The notes below the pieces were generated by a model. The model worked only from the letters and a program-made list of their open reading frames with translations, searched no databases and had not been told where the DNA came from. The translations under genes were made by a program, and so were the position numbers. Shown here piece by piece: positions 13,491-20,938 of a DNA stretch of 34,882 nucleotides. The stretch comes from a virus: UHGV virus genome UHGV-0371280. The stretch is one strand, 5' to 3'. The first letter of the stretch is position 1, and every line of letters begins with the position of its first letter.

Positions 13491-13500
13491 CAAAGATTGC

Positions 13501-13944
13501 TCATCTTACACACTGCGTGCGAATGTATTGCTGCAAGCCTCGGATCATTTTATCACTGGTTTCAATCCGCTTTCTAAGGGTGAAATAATCCCGTTGAGCG
13601 GTGTCAGTAAGTCTGGGGCTGGTGCCATCATCCACGCCGGAGGCGGCGGTGATTTTATGCATGTCTGGACAGACAGCTTTGACGCGCAGCCACTTACGCC
13701 CAGCAGAAACATCAGCACGAAGACTTTCGATAGTCGCGTTAGCATCAGCAAGCTCCTTTGTGTATCTGGCGTCGAGTTCTGCTACATCACGTTGACGCTT
13801 CTGCATATCAGCGATAGTGGATGCGGCTTTGTCGCGCTGCTCTTTGTAGGCGATGGCGTTATCACGGTAATGATTAACAGCCCATAACAGGCAGACGATG
13901 ATGCAGATAATCAGAGCGGAGATAATCGCGGTTACTCTGCTCAT
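13501..13944 (-). CDS. Rz: Spanin inner-membrane subunit Rz (i-spanin), divergent from lambda Rz
   Basis: From ATG 13944: [39 protein letters not shown]... with N-terminal TM and coiled-coil body. ATGA overlap with the lysozyme stop. C-terminal two-thirds differ from lambda Rz. Confidence 0.85.
   Translation of the reverse strand: MSRVTAIISALIICIIVCLLWAVNHYRDNAIAYKEQRDKAASTIADMQKRQRDVAELDARYTKELADANATIESLRADVSAGRKWLRVKAVCPDMHKITAASGVDDGTSPRLTDTAQRDYFTLRKRIETSDKMIRGLQQYIRTQCVR
13545..13745 (-). CDS. Rz1: Spanin outer-membrane lipoprotein Rz1 (o-spanin), embedded in Rz in the +1 frame
   Basis: From ATG 13745: [56 protein letters not shown]...; lipobox VSGC and proline-rich mature part, wholly inside Rz. 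Confidence 0.7.
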   Translation of the reverse strand: MLTRLSKVFVLMFLLGVSGCASKLSVQTCIKSPPPPAWMMAPAPDLLTPLNGIISPLESGLKPVIK

Positions 13945-14018
13945 TGCTGCCCCCACAAACAGACTTCACGCTCAATCTCACGACGAGTCATCAGGCCTTT
14001 CCATTGCTTACCGCCAGC
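13828..14018. repeat. Left arm of an imperfect inverted repeat (R 3' end plus Rz 5' end); partner at 14379-14569
   Basis: The first 84 nt of the two Rz genes compared directly show about 5 mismatches, and the final 25 lysozyme codons differ at about 4-5 positions. The arms are in inverted orientation around a ~360 bp spacer (R codons ~21-140). Confidence 0.75.
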
Positions 14019-14375
14019 GTATATCCAGCGACGTAGCTGGTCACATGCGCCTTTGATATCGCCCTGGTTTATTTTGCGAAGAAGCGTCGATGTTCTGAAA
14101 TTGCCAGCACCCACGTTGTAAACGAATGAGTAAAGAGCGCCGCGCGTTGTTTCCGGTATATCGACTTTGATGTACGGGTTAATTTGTCTGGCGACCGTGG
14201 CAAGGTCTTTATTCAAGAGTGTTTTGCATTCTGCTTTGGTATACGTTTTACCGAGCATGATGTCTTTTCCTGTATGCCCGTGACATACAGTCCATACACC
14301 AACAATATCTTTGTATGGTATGTAGCTGACACCTTCCAGACCATCGTTACCACTTGGGCCAGTGATTAACACTGA
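13941..14375 (-). pseudogene. R: Endolysin R (T4-lysozyme fold, phage-21 SAR-endolysin type), 5'-truncated and lacking the N-terminal SAR segment
   Basis: ...[144 protein letters not shown] matches phage 21 R from about residue 22 to the end. Upstream of about 14376 the minus-strand frame is only the antisense of the opposing lysozyme remnant; no ATG or SD. Confidence 0.85.
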
Positions 14376-14378
14376 TGC

Positions 14379-14456
14379 GCTGGCGGTAAGCAATGGAAAG
14401 GTCTCATGACTCGTCGTGAGATTGAGCGTGAAATCTGTTTGTGGGGTCAGCAATGA
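14379..14456 (+). pseudogene. Lysozyme R 3' remnant (last 25 codons plus stop) of a second prophage
   Basis: Plus-strand frame reads [25 protein letters not shown], homologous to the C-terminus of the minus-strand lysozyme, ending in TGA overlapping the Rz ATG. A stop codon lies immediately upstream at 14373-14375. Confidence 0.8.
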
Positions 14457-14569
14457 ACAGAGTAACCGCGATTATCTCCGCTCTGGTTATCTGCATCGTC
14501 GTCTGCCTGTCATGGGGTGTTAATCATTACCGTGATAACGCCATCGCCTACAAAGAACAGCGCGACAAA
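14379..14569. repeat. Right arm of the same inverted repeat (lysozyme 3' remnant plus Rz 5' end)
   Basis: See the left arm at 13828-14018; same evidence. Confidence 0.75.
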
Positions 14570-14917
14570 AATGCCAGAGAACTGAAGCTGGCGAACGCGG
14601 CAATTACTGACATGCAGATGCGTCAGCGTGATGTTGCTGCGCTCGATGCAAAATACACGAAGGAGTTAGCTGATGCGAAAGCTGAAAATGATGTTCTGCG
14701 TGATGATGTTGCCGCTGGTCGTCGTCGGTTGCACATCAAAGCAGTCTGTCAGTCAGTGCGTGAAGCCACCACCGCCTCCGGCGTGGATAATGCAGCCTCC
14801 CCCCGACTGGCAGACACCGCTGAACGGGATTATTTCACCCTCCGGGAACGACTGGTAATGATGCAGGCCCAACTTGAAGGTGCTCAGCAATACATAACCG
14901 AGCAGTGTTTAAAGTAA
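14453..14917 (+). CDS. Rz: Spanin inner-membrane subunit Rz (lambda-like)
   Basis: From ATG 14453: [80 protein letters not shown]..., very close to lambda Rz. Confidence 0.9.
   Translation: MNRVTAIISALVICIVVCLSWGVNHYRDNAIAYKEQRDKNARELKLANAAITDMQMRQRDVAALDAKYTKELADAKAENDVLRDDVAAGRRRLHIKAVCQSVREATTASGVDNAASPRLADTAERDYFTLRERLVMMQAQLEGAQQYITEQCLK
14673..14858 (+). CDS. Rz1: Spanin outer-membrane lipoprotein Rz1 (lambda-like), embedded in Rz
   Basis: [61 protein letters not shown]; lipobox VVGC; AGGAG 7 nt upstream of ATG 14673. Confidence 0.85.
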   Translation: MRKLKMMFCVMMLPLVVVGCTSKQSVSQCVKPPPPPAWIMQPPPDWQTPLNGIISPSGNDW

Positions 14918-15054
14918 AATCTTAACTACAATATGATTCATTTTGATGATTGTTTCATAAGGAACAGTGAAGTAAGATCTAAGAGGAGTTAAATTTTATA
15001 CAGTATAATCATAATATTGCAGCAAGGTGGTTATAATTGAAAGAATATTTAGAT

Positions 15055-16512
15055 ATGAATACATCTCATGTAAGAGTTGTTACTCATATGTGTGGGTTCC
15101 TGGTTTGGCTCTATAGTCTTTCAATGTTGCCACCAATGGTTGTAGCATTGTTTTATAAAGAAAAAAGCCTGTTCGTTTTCTTTATAACTTTCGTTATATT
15201 TTTTTGCATTGGTGGCGGAGCGTGGTATACAACTAAGAAATCTGGCATTCAATTACGTACCCGTGATGGGTTTATTATAATTGTAATGTTTTGGATTTTG
15301 TTTTCTGTTATTAGTGCATTCCCTTTATGGATTGACTCAGAACTTAATTTAACGTTCATTGATGCTCTGTTTGAAGGGGTTTCTGGAATAACAACAACAG
15401 GAGCAACTGTAATTGATGATGTTAGTTCATTACCTCGGGCATATTTGTACTATCGGTCACAGTTAAATTTTATAGGTGGTTTAGGAGTTATTGTTCTGGC
15501 GGTTGCTGTATTGCCATTATTGGGTATTGGTGGTGCAAAGCTTTATCAGTCAGAAATGCCGGGGCCATTTAAGGATGACAAACTCACTCCCCGCCTGGCC
15601 GATACGTCACGGACACTGTGGATAACTTATTCTTTATTAGGTATTGCTTGTATTGTCTGTTATAGACTTGCAGGAATGCCTTTGTTTGATGCTATTTGTC
15701 ACGGGATTTCCACAGTTTCGCTTGGTGGTTTCTCAACTCATAGCGAGAGTATCGGATATTTTAATAACTATTTGGTTGAGCTGGTGGCTGGTTCTTTTTC
15801 CCTGCTATCGGCTTTCAACTTCACTCTTTGGTATATTGTTATTAGCAGGAAAACGATAAAACCTTTAATCAGAGATATTGAACTTCGTTTCTTTCTGTTA
15901 ATAGCCTTAGGGGTGATCATTGTTACCTCTTTCCAGGTCTGGCATATAGGTATGTATGACTTGCATGGAAGTTTTATTCATTCGTTTTTTCTTGCCAGCT
16001 CCATGCTCACTGATAATGGTTTAGCTACGCAGGATTATGCAAGTTGGCCCACGCACACGATAGTGTTTTTGCTGTTGTCAAGTTTCTTTGGGGGATGTAT
16101 AGGTTCAACTTGTGGTGGAATTAAGTCACTTCGATTTCTTATACTTTTCAAACAAAGCAAACACGAGATAAATCAGCTTTCTCATCCCAGAGCGTTGTTG
16201 AGTGTAAATGTAGGAGGGAAGATAGTTACAGATCGTGTAATGAGGTCTGTATGGAGTTTCTTTTTTCTTTATACTCTCTTCACGGTGTTTTTTATACTGG
16301 TGTTAAATGGTATGGGATATGATTTTCTTACATCATTTGCAACAGTGGCTGCATGTATTAATAATATGGGATTAGGTTTTGGGGCTACTGCATCGTCATT
16401 CGGAGTGCTTAATGACATTGCAAAATGTTTAATGTGCATAGCTATGATTCTTGGTCGCCTTGAAATTTATCCTGTTATTATATTGTTTTCAGGTTTTTTT
16501 TGGCGCTCCTAA
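15055..16512 (+). CDS. trkG: Trk-system potassium uptake membrane protein TrkG (prophage cargo)
   Basis: From ATG 15055: MNTSHVRVVTHMCGFLVWLYSLSMLPPMVVALFYKEKSLFVFFITFVIFFCIGGGAWYTTKKSGIQLRTRDGF..., 485 aa, polytopic. Recognised as Rac-prophage TrkG (TrkH paralogue) from memory. Strongly AT-rich codon usage. Confidence 0.93.
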   Translation: MNTSHVRVVTHMCGFLVWLYSLSMLPPMVVALFYKEKSLFVFFITFVIFFCIGGGAWYTTKKSGIQLRTRDGFIIIVMFWILFSVISAFPLWIDSELNLTFIDALFEGVSGITTTGATVIDDVSSLPRAYLYYRSQLNFIGGLGVIVLAVAVLPLLGIGGAKLYQSEMPGPFKDDKLTPRLADTSRTLWITYSLLGIACIVCYRLAGMPLFDAICHGISTVSLGGFSTHSESIGYFNNYLVELVAGSFSLLSAFNFTLWYIVISRKTIKPLIRDIELRFFLLIALGVIIVTSFQVWHIGMYDLHGSFIHSFFLASSMLTDNGLATQDYASWPTHTIVFLLLSSFFGGCIGSTCGGIKSLRFLILFKQSKHEINQLSHPRALLSVNVGGKIVTDRVMRSVWSFFFLYTLFTVFFILVLNGMGYDFLTSFATVAACINNMGLGFGATASSFGVLNDIAKCLMCIAMILGRLEIYPVIILFSGFFWRS

Positions 16513-16598
16513 TATATGGCTGATTTATAATTGTGAGTTTAATATTATGTTGACTCACTCATTGATCCAATACCTAACTTTACCAGCAACCCCTCCGT

Positions 16599-16633
16599 CC
16601 CCAGTAGCACTGGCTGCTGGGGTGCGTTTTATT
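16599..16633 (+). terminator. Possible intrinsic terminator downstream of trkG
   Basis: CCCCAGTAG-cactgg-CTGCTGGGG forms a 9-bp stem (one G-U pair), followed by tgcgTTTTaTT. The U-tract is set back 4 nt from the stem, so this is weak. Confidence 0.35.
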
Positions 16634-16649
16634 CATAAAGCAAGGCTGT

Positions 16650-17444
16650 ATGAGCGAGAAATTAAAGATAGTCTATCGCCCATTACAAGAATTGTCACCG
16701 TATGCGCACAACGCCAGGACGCACAGCCCTGAGCAGGTGGCACAACTGGTAGAAAGTATTAAGCAATTCGGCTGGACTAATCCGGTGCTGATTGACGAAA
16801 AGGGCGAAATTATTGCGGGTCACGGTCGTGTTATGGCGGCTGAAATGCTCAAAATGGATTCTGTTCCGGTCATTGTTCTGTCTGGCCTGACGGATGAGCA
16901 GAAAAAGGCGTACCGCCTGGCAGATAATCGCCTGCCGATGAATGCTGGCTGGGATGAAGATCTGTTGCGGATGGAGCTGTCGGACCTAATCAATGCTGAT
17001 TTTGATGTCTCCCTGACAGGCTTCATCCCGACAGAAATTGATGAACTGTTGACGGATGTTTTGCCCGGTACAGGAAATGAGGAGGAGCCGTATACGACGA
17101 AAATTGATACGCCTGTTTATGAGCCGTCGGGCGGTAAACCGGATATCAGTGAACTGTACGACGATACGAAAACTCAGGAGCTGATCAGCCGGATACGTTC
17201 GGCGTCCCTTGATCCTGATATTGAGAAATTCCTCCTGTGTGCGGCAGAACGTCACACAGTGTTTAATTTCAGCAGAATTGCGGACTATTACGCTCATGCC
17301 CCCGCTGAAATTCAGTGCCTTTTCGAGGAGTCGGCGCTGGTGATCATTGATTATCAGCAGGCTATTGAAAATGGATTTGTCCGAATGACGCAGCGCATGG
17401 TGGAGATCATGCATGGCGGGGAGGAGGAGGAGGAATATGCGTGA
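16650..17444 (+). CDS. ParB-like nuclease domain protein (ParB/sulfiredoxin fold)
   Basis: 264 aa; N-terminal domain has the ParB/Srx signature ...VLIDEKGEIIAGHGRVMAAEMLKMDSVPVIVL...; acidic C-terminus (GGEEEEEYA). Probably the full-length form of the short Rac ynaK fragment known from K-12 (from memory, unverified). Confidence 0.8.
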   Translation: MSEKLKIVYRPLQELSPYAHNARTHSPEQVAQLVESIKQFGWTNPVLIDEKGEIIAGHGRVMAAEMLKMDSVPVIVLSGLTDEQKKAYRLADNRLPMNAGWDEDLLRMELSDLINADFDVSLTGFIPTEIDELLTDVLPGTGNEEEPYTTKIDTPVYEPSGGKPDISELYDDTKTQELISRIRSASLDPDIEKFLLCAAERHTVFNFSRIADYYAHAPAEIQCLFEESALVIIDYQQAIENGFVRMTQRMVEIMHGGEEEEEYA

Positions 17445-18369
17445 TGATTTTTGCGCCTTTATTCTGACTCACGGGCGACCGGACAAAGTTCTGACTTACC
17501 GGACGTTGCGTCGTGCTGGCTATACCGGGAAAATTTTTATCGTTGTTGATGATGAAGATAAGACACGGCATCAGTACATGGCTGAATTTGGTGAACAGGT
17601 GCTGGTATTTTCCAAAGCCGATATTGCCAGTCGTTTTGACGAAGCCGATAATTTTGGTGATCGCCGCTCAATTTTTTACGCCCGTAATGCCTGTTTCGAC
17701 CTGGCAAAACTGGTCGGGTGTAAATACTTCATTCAGCTCGATGATGATTATCACGAGTTCCAGTTTCGGGTGGATCGCAACTATGACCAGGCCTATTTCC
17801 CGATAAGGAAACTGGATGCGATCCTTTCTGAAATGCTGGCGTATTACGAATCAATACCCGCGCTTTCCATCGCTATGTCGCAGGGCGGGGATTTTCTTGG
17901 TGACAATGGCGGCCATGCTTCGTGGGTGAAACGCAAGGCAATGAACAGCTTTATCTGTTCGGTTGATCGACCGTTCTCATTCATGGGGCGCATTAACGAG
18001 GATGTGAATACGTACACGAATCTCGGTCGCTGTGGTGAATTGTTTATGACGATCGGTGCTGTCCAGTTAGGGCAGAAACAGACGCAGAAAAACAGCGGCG
18101 GAATGACCGAGCTGTATCTGGATTCCGGAACCTACGTTAAAAGTTTTTACTCCGTCATGTATTCGCCGTCGTGCGTAAAAATCTCACTGATGGGTGCCAG
18201 CCATAAACGCATTCACCATCAGGTCACCTGGAACAACGCTGCAGTAAAAATCCTTCACGAAAAATACAGGAAGAAGACACCCTGCATATCAATGGGGGTG
18301 ACAAATGATTCCGTATTCGAAAGTCGAGTCTCTGGCAGCGTGCCGGATGACTGCACAACAAATCGCTGA
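17437..18369 (+). CDS. Hypothetical protein with a DxD motif (GT-A-like fold is a hypothesis), translationally coupled to the ParB-like gene
   Basis: Start at ATG 17437 (MRDDFCAFILTHGRPDKV...), with GGAGGAGGAGG directly upstream and an 8-nt overlap with the ParB-like stop. Motifs IFIVVDDEDKT and FIQLDDDYHEF. No confident family assignment. Confidence 0.6.
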   Translation: MRDDFCAFILTHGRPDKVLTYRTLRRAGYTGKIFIVVDDEDKTRHQYMAEFGEQVLVFSKADIASRFDEADNFGDRRSIFYARNACFDLAKLVGCKYFIQLDDDYHEFQFRVDRNYDQAYFPIRKLDAILSEMLAYYESIPALSIAMSQGGDFLGDNGGHASWVKRKAMNSFICSVDRPFSFMGRINEDVNTYTNLGRCGELFMTIGAVQLGQKQTQKNSGGMTELYLDSGTYVKSFYSVMYSPSCVKISLMGASHKRIHHQVTWNNAAVKILHEKYRKKTPCISMGVTNDSVFESRVSGSVPDDCTTNR

Positions 18370-18556
18370 CGTTCTGGATGTTGATCTGAACCGACTGAAA
18401 GAAAATCGGGAAGCAATGACAGATTTTTATGCGGCCATCCGTAAGGGCAGAGCGAAAGGTGAAGCCGAGTTACGAGCGGCATTGTTTAAGCTTGCCAGAA
18501 AAGGGGATGCCTTTGCTCTGCGCGAACTACTCAGGGTGGATAAAAATCAGGACTAA
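18305..18556 (+). CDS. Small hypothetical protein (possible helix-turn-helix); start may be ATG 18347
   Basis: 83 aa ORF ...MTAQQIADVLDVDLNRLKENREAMTDFYAAIRKGRAKGEAELRAALFKLARKGDAFALRELLRVDKNQD, immediately upstream of terS in the same orientation. Confidence 0.45.
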   Translation: MIPYSKVESLAACRMTAQQIADVLDVDLNRLKENREAMTDFYAAIRKGRAKGEAELRAALFKLARKGDAFALRELLRVDKNQD

Positions 18557-18559
18557 CTG

Positions 18560-19654
18560 ATGAGCAGACCGGACTGGGGGGCGTTGCAGCAGGAGTATAT
18601 TGCTGAATACACCCGCTCCGGTATATCTCCGGTGGCATGGTGTGAAGCAAGGGGACTGAACTACGCAACAGCCCGTCGTTACATCAAAAAAACTCCGAAA
18701 AATGCGCAGAAAGAAATGCGCAAAACTGCGCAAAAAAGTGCGCGAAAAAAAACTGCGCAGACTGCGCAAAGGCAGAACGGAAAATCTCAGAAAAAAAAGG
18801 CTGTATCCGATGCACTCCTGATTGAGGGGGACACGGAAGAAATTTCGTTCTGCCCCGATGAATTCGGTATTTCTGACCAGCAGGCAAAATTCGCCATGTT
18901 GGTTGCTCAGGGGAAAAAGCCGACAGAGGCATACCGACTGGCTGGTTATGAGGGGCAAGGTGCGACAGCTAACAGCAACGCCAGCCGTATGCTTAGAAAT
19001 GCCAGGGTTTATCGTGCTATCAGCTACTTCCGCAATCAGTACCAGAAACGCTATACCGCAGACCTGGATTTACTGGTGAGCCAGTTGATGGCCATTGTCC
19101 AGGCCGACCCCAATCAGTTGGCACAATTTCGCCGTGTTAACTGCCGTTATTGCTGGGGCGAGAATCATCTCTACCAGTGGCGTGATATTGCAGAATTCGA
19201 TAAGGCTGCGGCACAGGCCTCCAGAGATGGTAAACCCGAGCCGGAATATGGAGGCCTCGGCTTTGTTGATAACGCCATACCCAATCCTGATTGCCCGAAG
19301 TGCTGCGGTGAGGGAACAGGACAGCTTTATATGGCTGATACCACACTGCTTGATGGGGATGCGCGGCAATTATATGCAGGGTCAAAGCTCGGAAAATACG
19401 GTGTTGAGATCCTGCTGGAGGATAAGGCTGCCGCCCGGCGTGAATTGTTGCGTTTGCTTTCTGCTGGCGGGGCATTATGTGCAGATAAGCGGCTACAGGA
19501 ACTGGAAATTGAACGGCGCAGAATAGAGAACCAGAAGCTGCGCAAAGAGATCGAAACGGTGGAGGATAATGAACATCCCCAGCCTGTGGCGATCAATATT
19601 AATGTGGTTGATGCCAGATTAAGGAGTGATGAAGATGATCTCTCCGACGCTTAA
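18560..19654 (+). CDS. Terminase small subunit (Terminase_2-like core with N-terminal HTH, lysine-rich linker and C-terminal Cys-rich segment)
   Basis: 364 aa; core FCPDEFGISDQQAKFAMLVAQGKKPTEAYRLAGYEGQGATANSNASRMLRNARVYRAISYF resembles the small-terminase signature. Cys cluster CRYCWGENH...CPKCCGEG. Sits directly upstream of terL with a 20-nt overlap. Confidence 0.75.
   Translation: MSRPDWGALQQEYIAEYTRSGISPVAWCEARGLNYATARRYIKKTPKNAQKEMRKTAQKSARKKTAQTAQRQNGKSQKKKAVSDALLIEGDTEEISFCPDEFGISDQQAKFAMLVAQGKKPTEAYRLAGYEGQGATANSNASRMLRNARVYRAISYFRNQYQKRYTADLDLLVSQLMAIVQADPNQLAQFRRVNCRYCWGENHLYQWRDIAEFDKAAAQASRDGKPEPEYGGLGFVDNAIPNPDCPKCCGEGTGQLYMADTTLLDGDARQLYAGSKLGKYGVEILLEDKAAARRELLRLLSAGGALCADKRLQELEIERRRIENQKLRKEIETVEDNEHPQPVAININVVDARLRSDEDDLSDA
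18703..18768. repeat. Six direct TGCGC(A/G) repeats at roughly helical spacing inside terS
   Basis: TGCGC at 18703, 18716, 18727, 18739, 18754 and 18763 (spacings 13, 11, 12, 15, 9 nt), within the region encoding the K/A/Q-rich linker. Confidence 0.5.
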
Positions 19655-20936
19655 TGTGCCTCAGGCGCGATTTCTTTCAATGCCCCATAAATTTAAAGCC
19701 TATATTGCTGGTTTTGGCTCGGGCAAAACATGGGTTGGGTGTGGCGGCATATGCAAGGGGATTTGGGAGCATCCAGGTATAAATCAGGGATATTTTGCGC
19801 CAACGTATCCCCAAATTCGCGATATTTTTTACCCTACAGTGGAAGAAGTTGCTGCTGACTGGGGATTGAACGTAAAAATTAATGAGGGAAATAAAGAGGT
19901 TCACTTTTATTACGGACGCCAGTATCGGGGAACCACTATCTGCAGATCGATGGAGAAGCCACAAACGATCGTCGGTTTCAAAATTGGTAATGCGCTGGTG
20001 GATGAACTGGACATTTTGCCGAAGGAAAAAGCCAGAACGGCGTGGCGCAAGATAATTGCGCGTATGCGTTATAAGATTGATGGACTTCGCAACGGTATTG
20101 ACGTTACAACCACGCCGGAAGGATTCAAATTTGTCTACGAGCAGTTTGTTAAAGCCGTGCGTGAAAAAACAGAGCTGGCCTCACTGTATGGTCTGGTGCA
20201 GGCATCTACTTTCGATAATGAAAAGAACCTGCCAGCAGATTACATTCCTTCACTTCTTGAATCATACCCTCCAGAGCTGATTAAAGCCTATCTTCTAGGA
20301 CGGTTTACTAACCTGACAAGTGGTACTGTTTACCATCAGTTTGACCGGAAACTGAATAATTGCGAAGAAGTGGAGCAGCCAGGGGAGCCGATTTATATTG
20401 GGATGGATTTTAACGTTGGAAAGATGGCGGGAATCGTCCATGTGCTGCGTTTGGGGCTTCCATGTGCGGTAACTGAAATCATCAATGCCTACGATACGCC
20501 GGATATGATCCGCCTCATTAAAGAACGCTTCTGGCTGTATGACGGGCATGATTACCGGAAAGTGAGGGAGATTTATATTTATCCAGATGCTTCCGGAGAT
20601 TCCAGAAAATCAAGTAACGCAAGTACGACGGATATAGCCCAGCTTAAGCAGGCAGGTTTTAACGTTGTGGTGAACAGCTCGAACTCGCCAGTAAAAGATC
20701 GCGTTAACTCAATGAATGCAATGTTCTGCAATGCCAATGGTGAGCGTCGCTATAAAGTTAATGTGAAGCGTTGTCCGGTATATGCCGAATCTCTGGAGCA
20801 ACAGGTCTGGGATGATAAGGGGGAGCCTGATAAAAAATCTGGCAATGATCACCCGAATGATGCCGGAGGTTATTTCATCGTTAAGCAATTCCCTATTGTC
20901 AAACCGACCGGAAGAGTCACATCACTTCGGATTTAA
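19635..20936 (+). CDS. Terminase large subunit
   Basis: Walker A-like AYIAGFGSGKTWVGCG near the N-terminus and C-terminal acidic nuclease-type motifs (IYIGMDFN, IYPDASGD). AAGGAG 8 nt upstream of ATG 19635; alternative starts at 19626 and 19629. Confidence 0.85.
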   Translation: MISPTLNVPQARFLSMPHKFKAYIAGFGSGKTWVGCGGICKGIWEHPGINQGYFAPTYPQIRDIFYPTVEEVAADWGLNVKINEGNKEVHFYYGRQYRGTTICRSMEKPQTIVGFKIGNALVDELDILPKEKARTAWRKIIARMRYKIDGLRNGIDVTTTPEGFKFVYEQFVKAVREKTELASLYGLVQASTFDNEKNLPADYIPSLLESYPPELIKAYLLGRFTNLTSGTVYHQFDRKLNNCEEVEQPGEPIYIGMDFNVGKMAGIVHVLRLGLPCAVTEIINAYDTPDMIRLIKERFWLYDGHDYRKVREIYIYPDASGDSRKSSNASTTDIAQLKQAGFNVVVNSSNSPVKDRVNSMNAMFCNANGERRYKVNVKRCPVYAESLEQQVWDDKGEPDKKSGNDHPNDAGGYFIVKQFPIVKPTGRVTSLRI

Positions 20937-20938
20937 TT

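Noticed and set aside
14184-14369. Plus-strand 61 aa ORF
   Set aside because: Antisense to the lysozyme catalytic domain.
14441-14452. GTG-initiated 4-codon N-terminal extension of the plus-strand Rz (MGSA-) and the TTG-initiated extension of the lysozyme ORF to 14453
   Set aside because: Both are artefacts of taking the longest frame; each runs through the opposing gene remnant and lacks an SD.
15644-15859. 71 aa ORF inside trkG
   Set aside because: Alternate frame within a well-supported membrane protein gene.
16451-16732. 93 aa ORF bridging the trkG end and the ParB-like start
   Set aside because: Overlaps two better-supported genes and the predicted terminator hairpin.
16820-17414. Minus-strand ORFs 16820-17026 and 16986-17414
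   Set aside because: Antisense to the ParB-like gene.
17513-17806. 97 aa ORF inside the DxD-motif gene
   Set aside because: Alternate frame.
18703-18768. TGCGC repeats considered as a CRISPR array
   Set aside because: Repeats are only 5-6 nt at 9-15 nt spacing inside a coding region, with no spacer-repeat architecture and no cas genes.
18255-19596. Minus-strand ORFs 18255-18482, 18527-18958, 18684-18932, 19070-19369, 19137-19475, 19327-19596; plus-strand 18822-19079 and 19095-19526
   Set aside because: Antisense or alternate frames of terS; the F/A-rich translations come from the TGCGC repeat tract read on the other strand.
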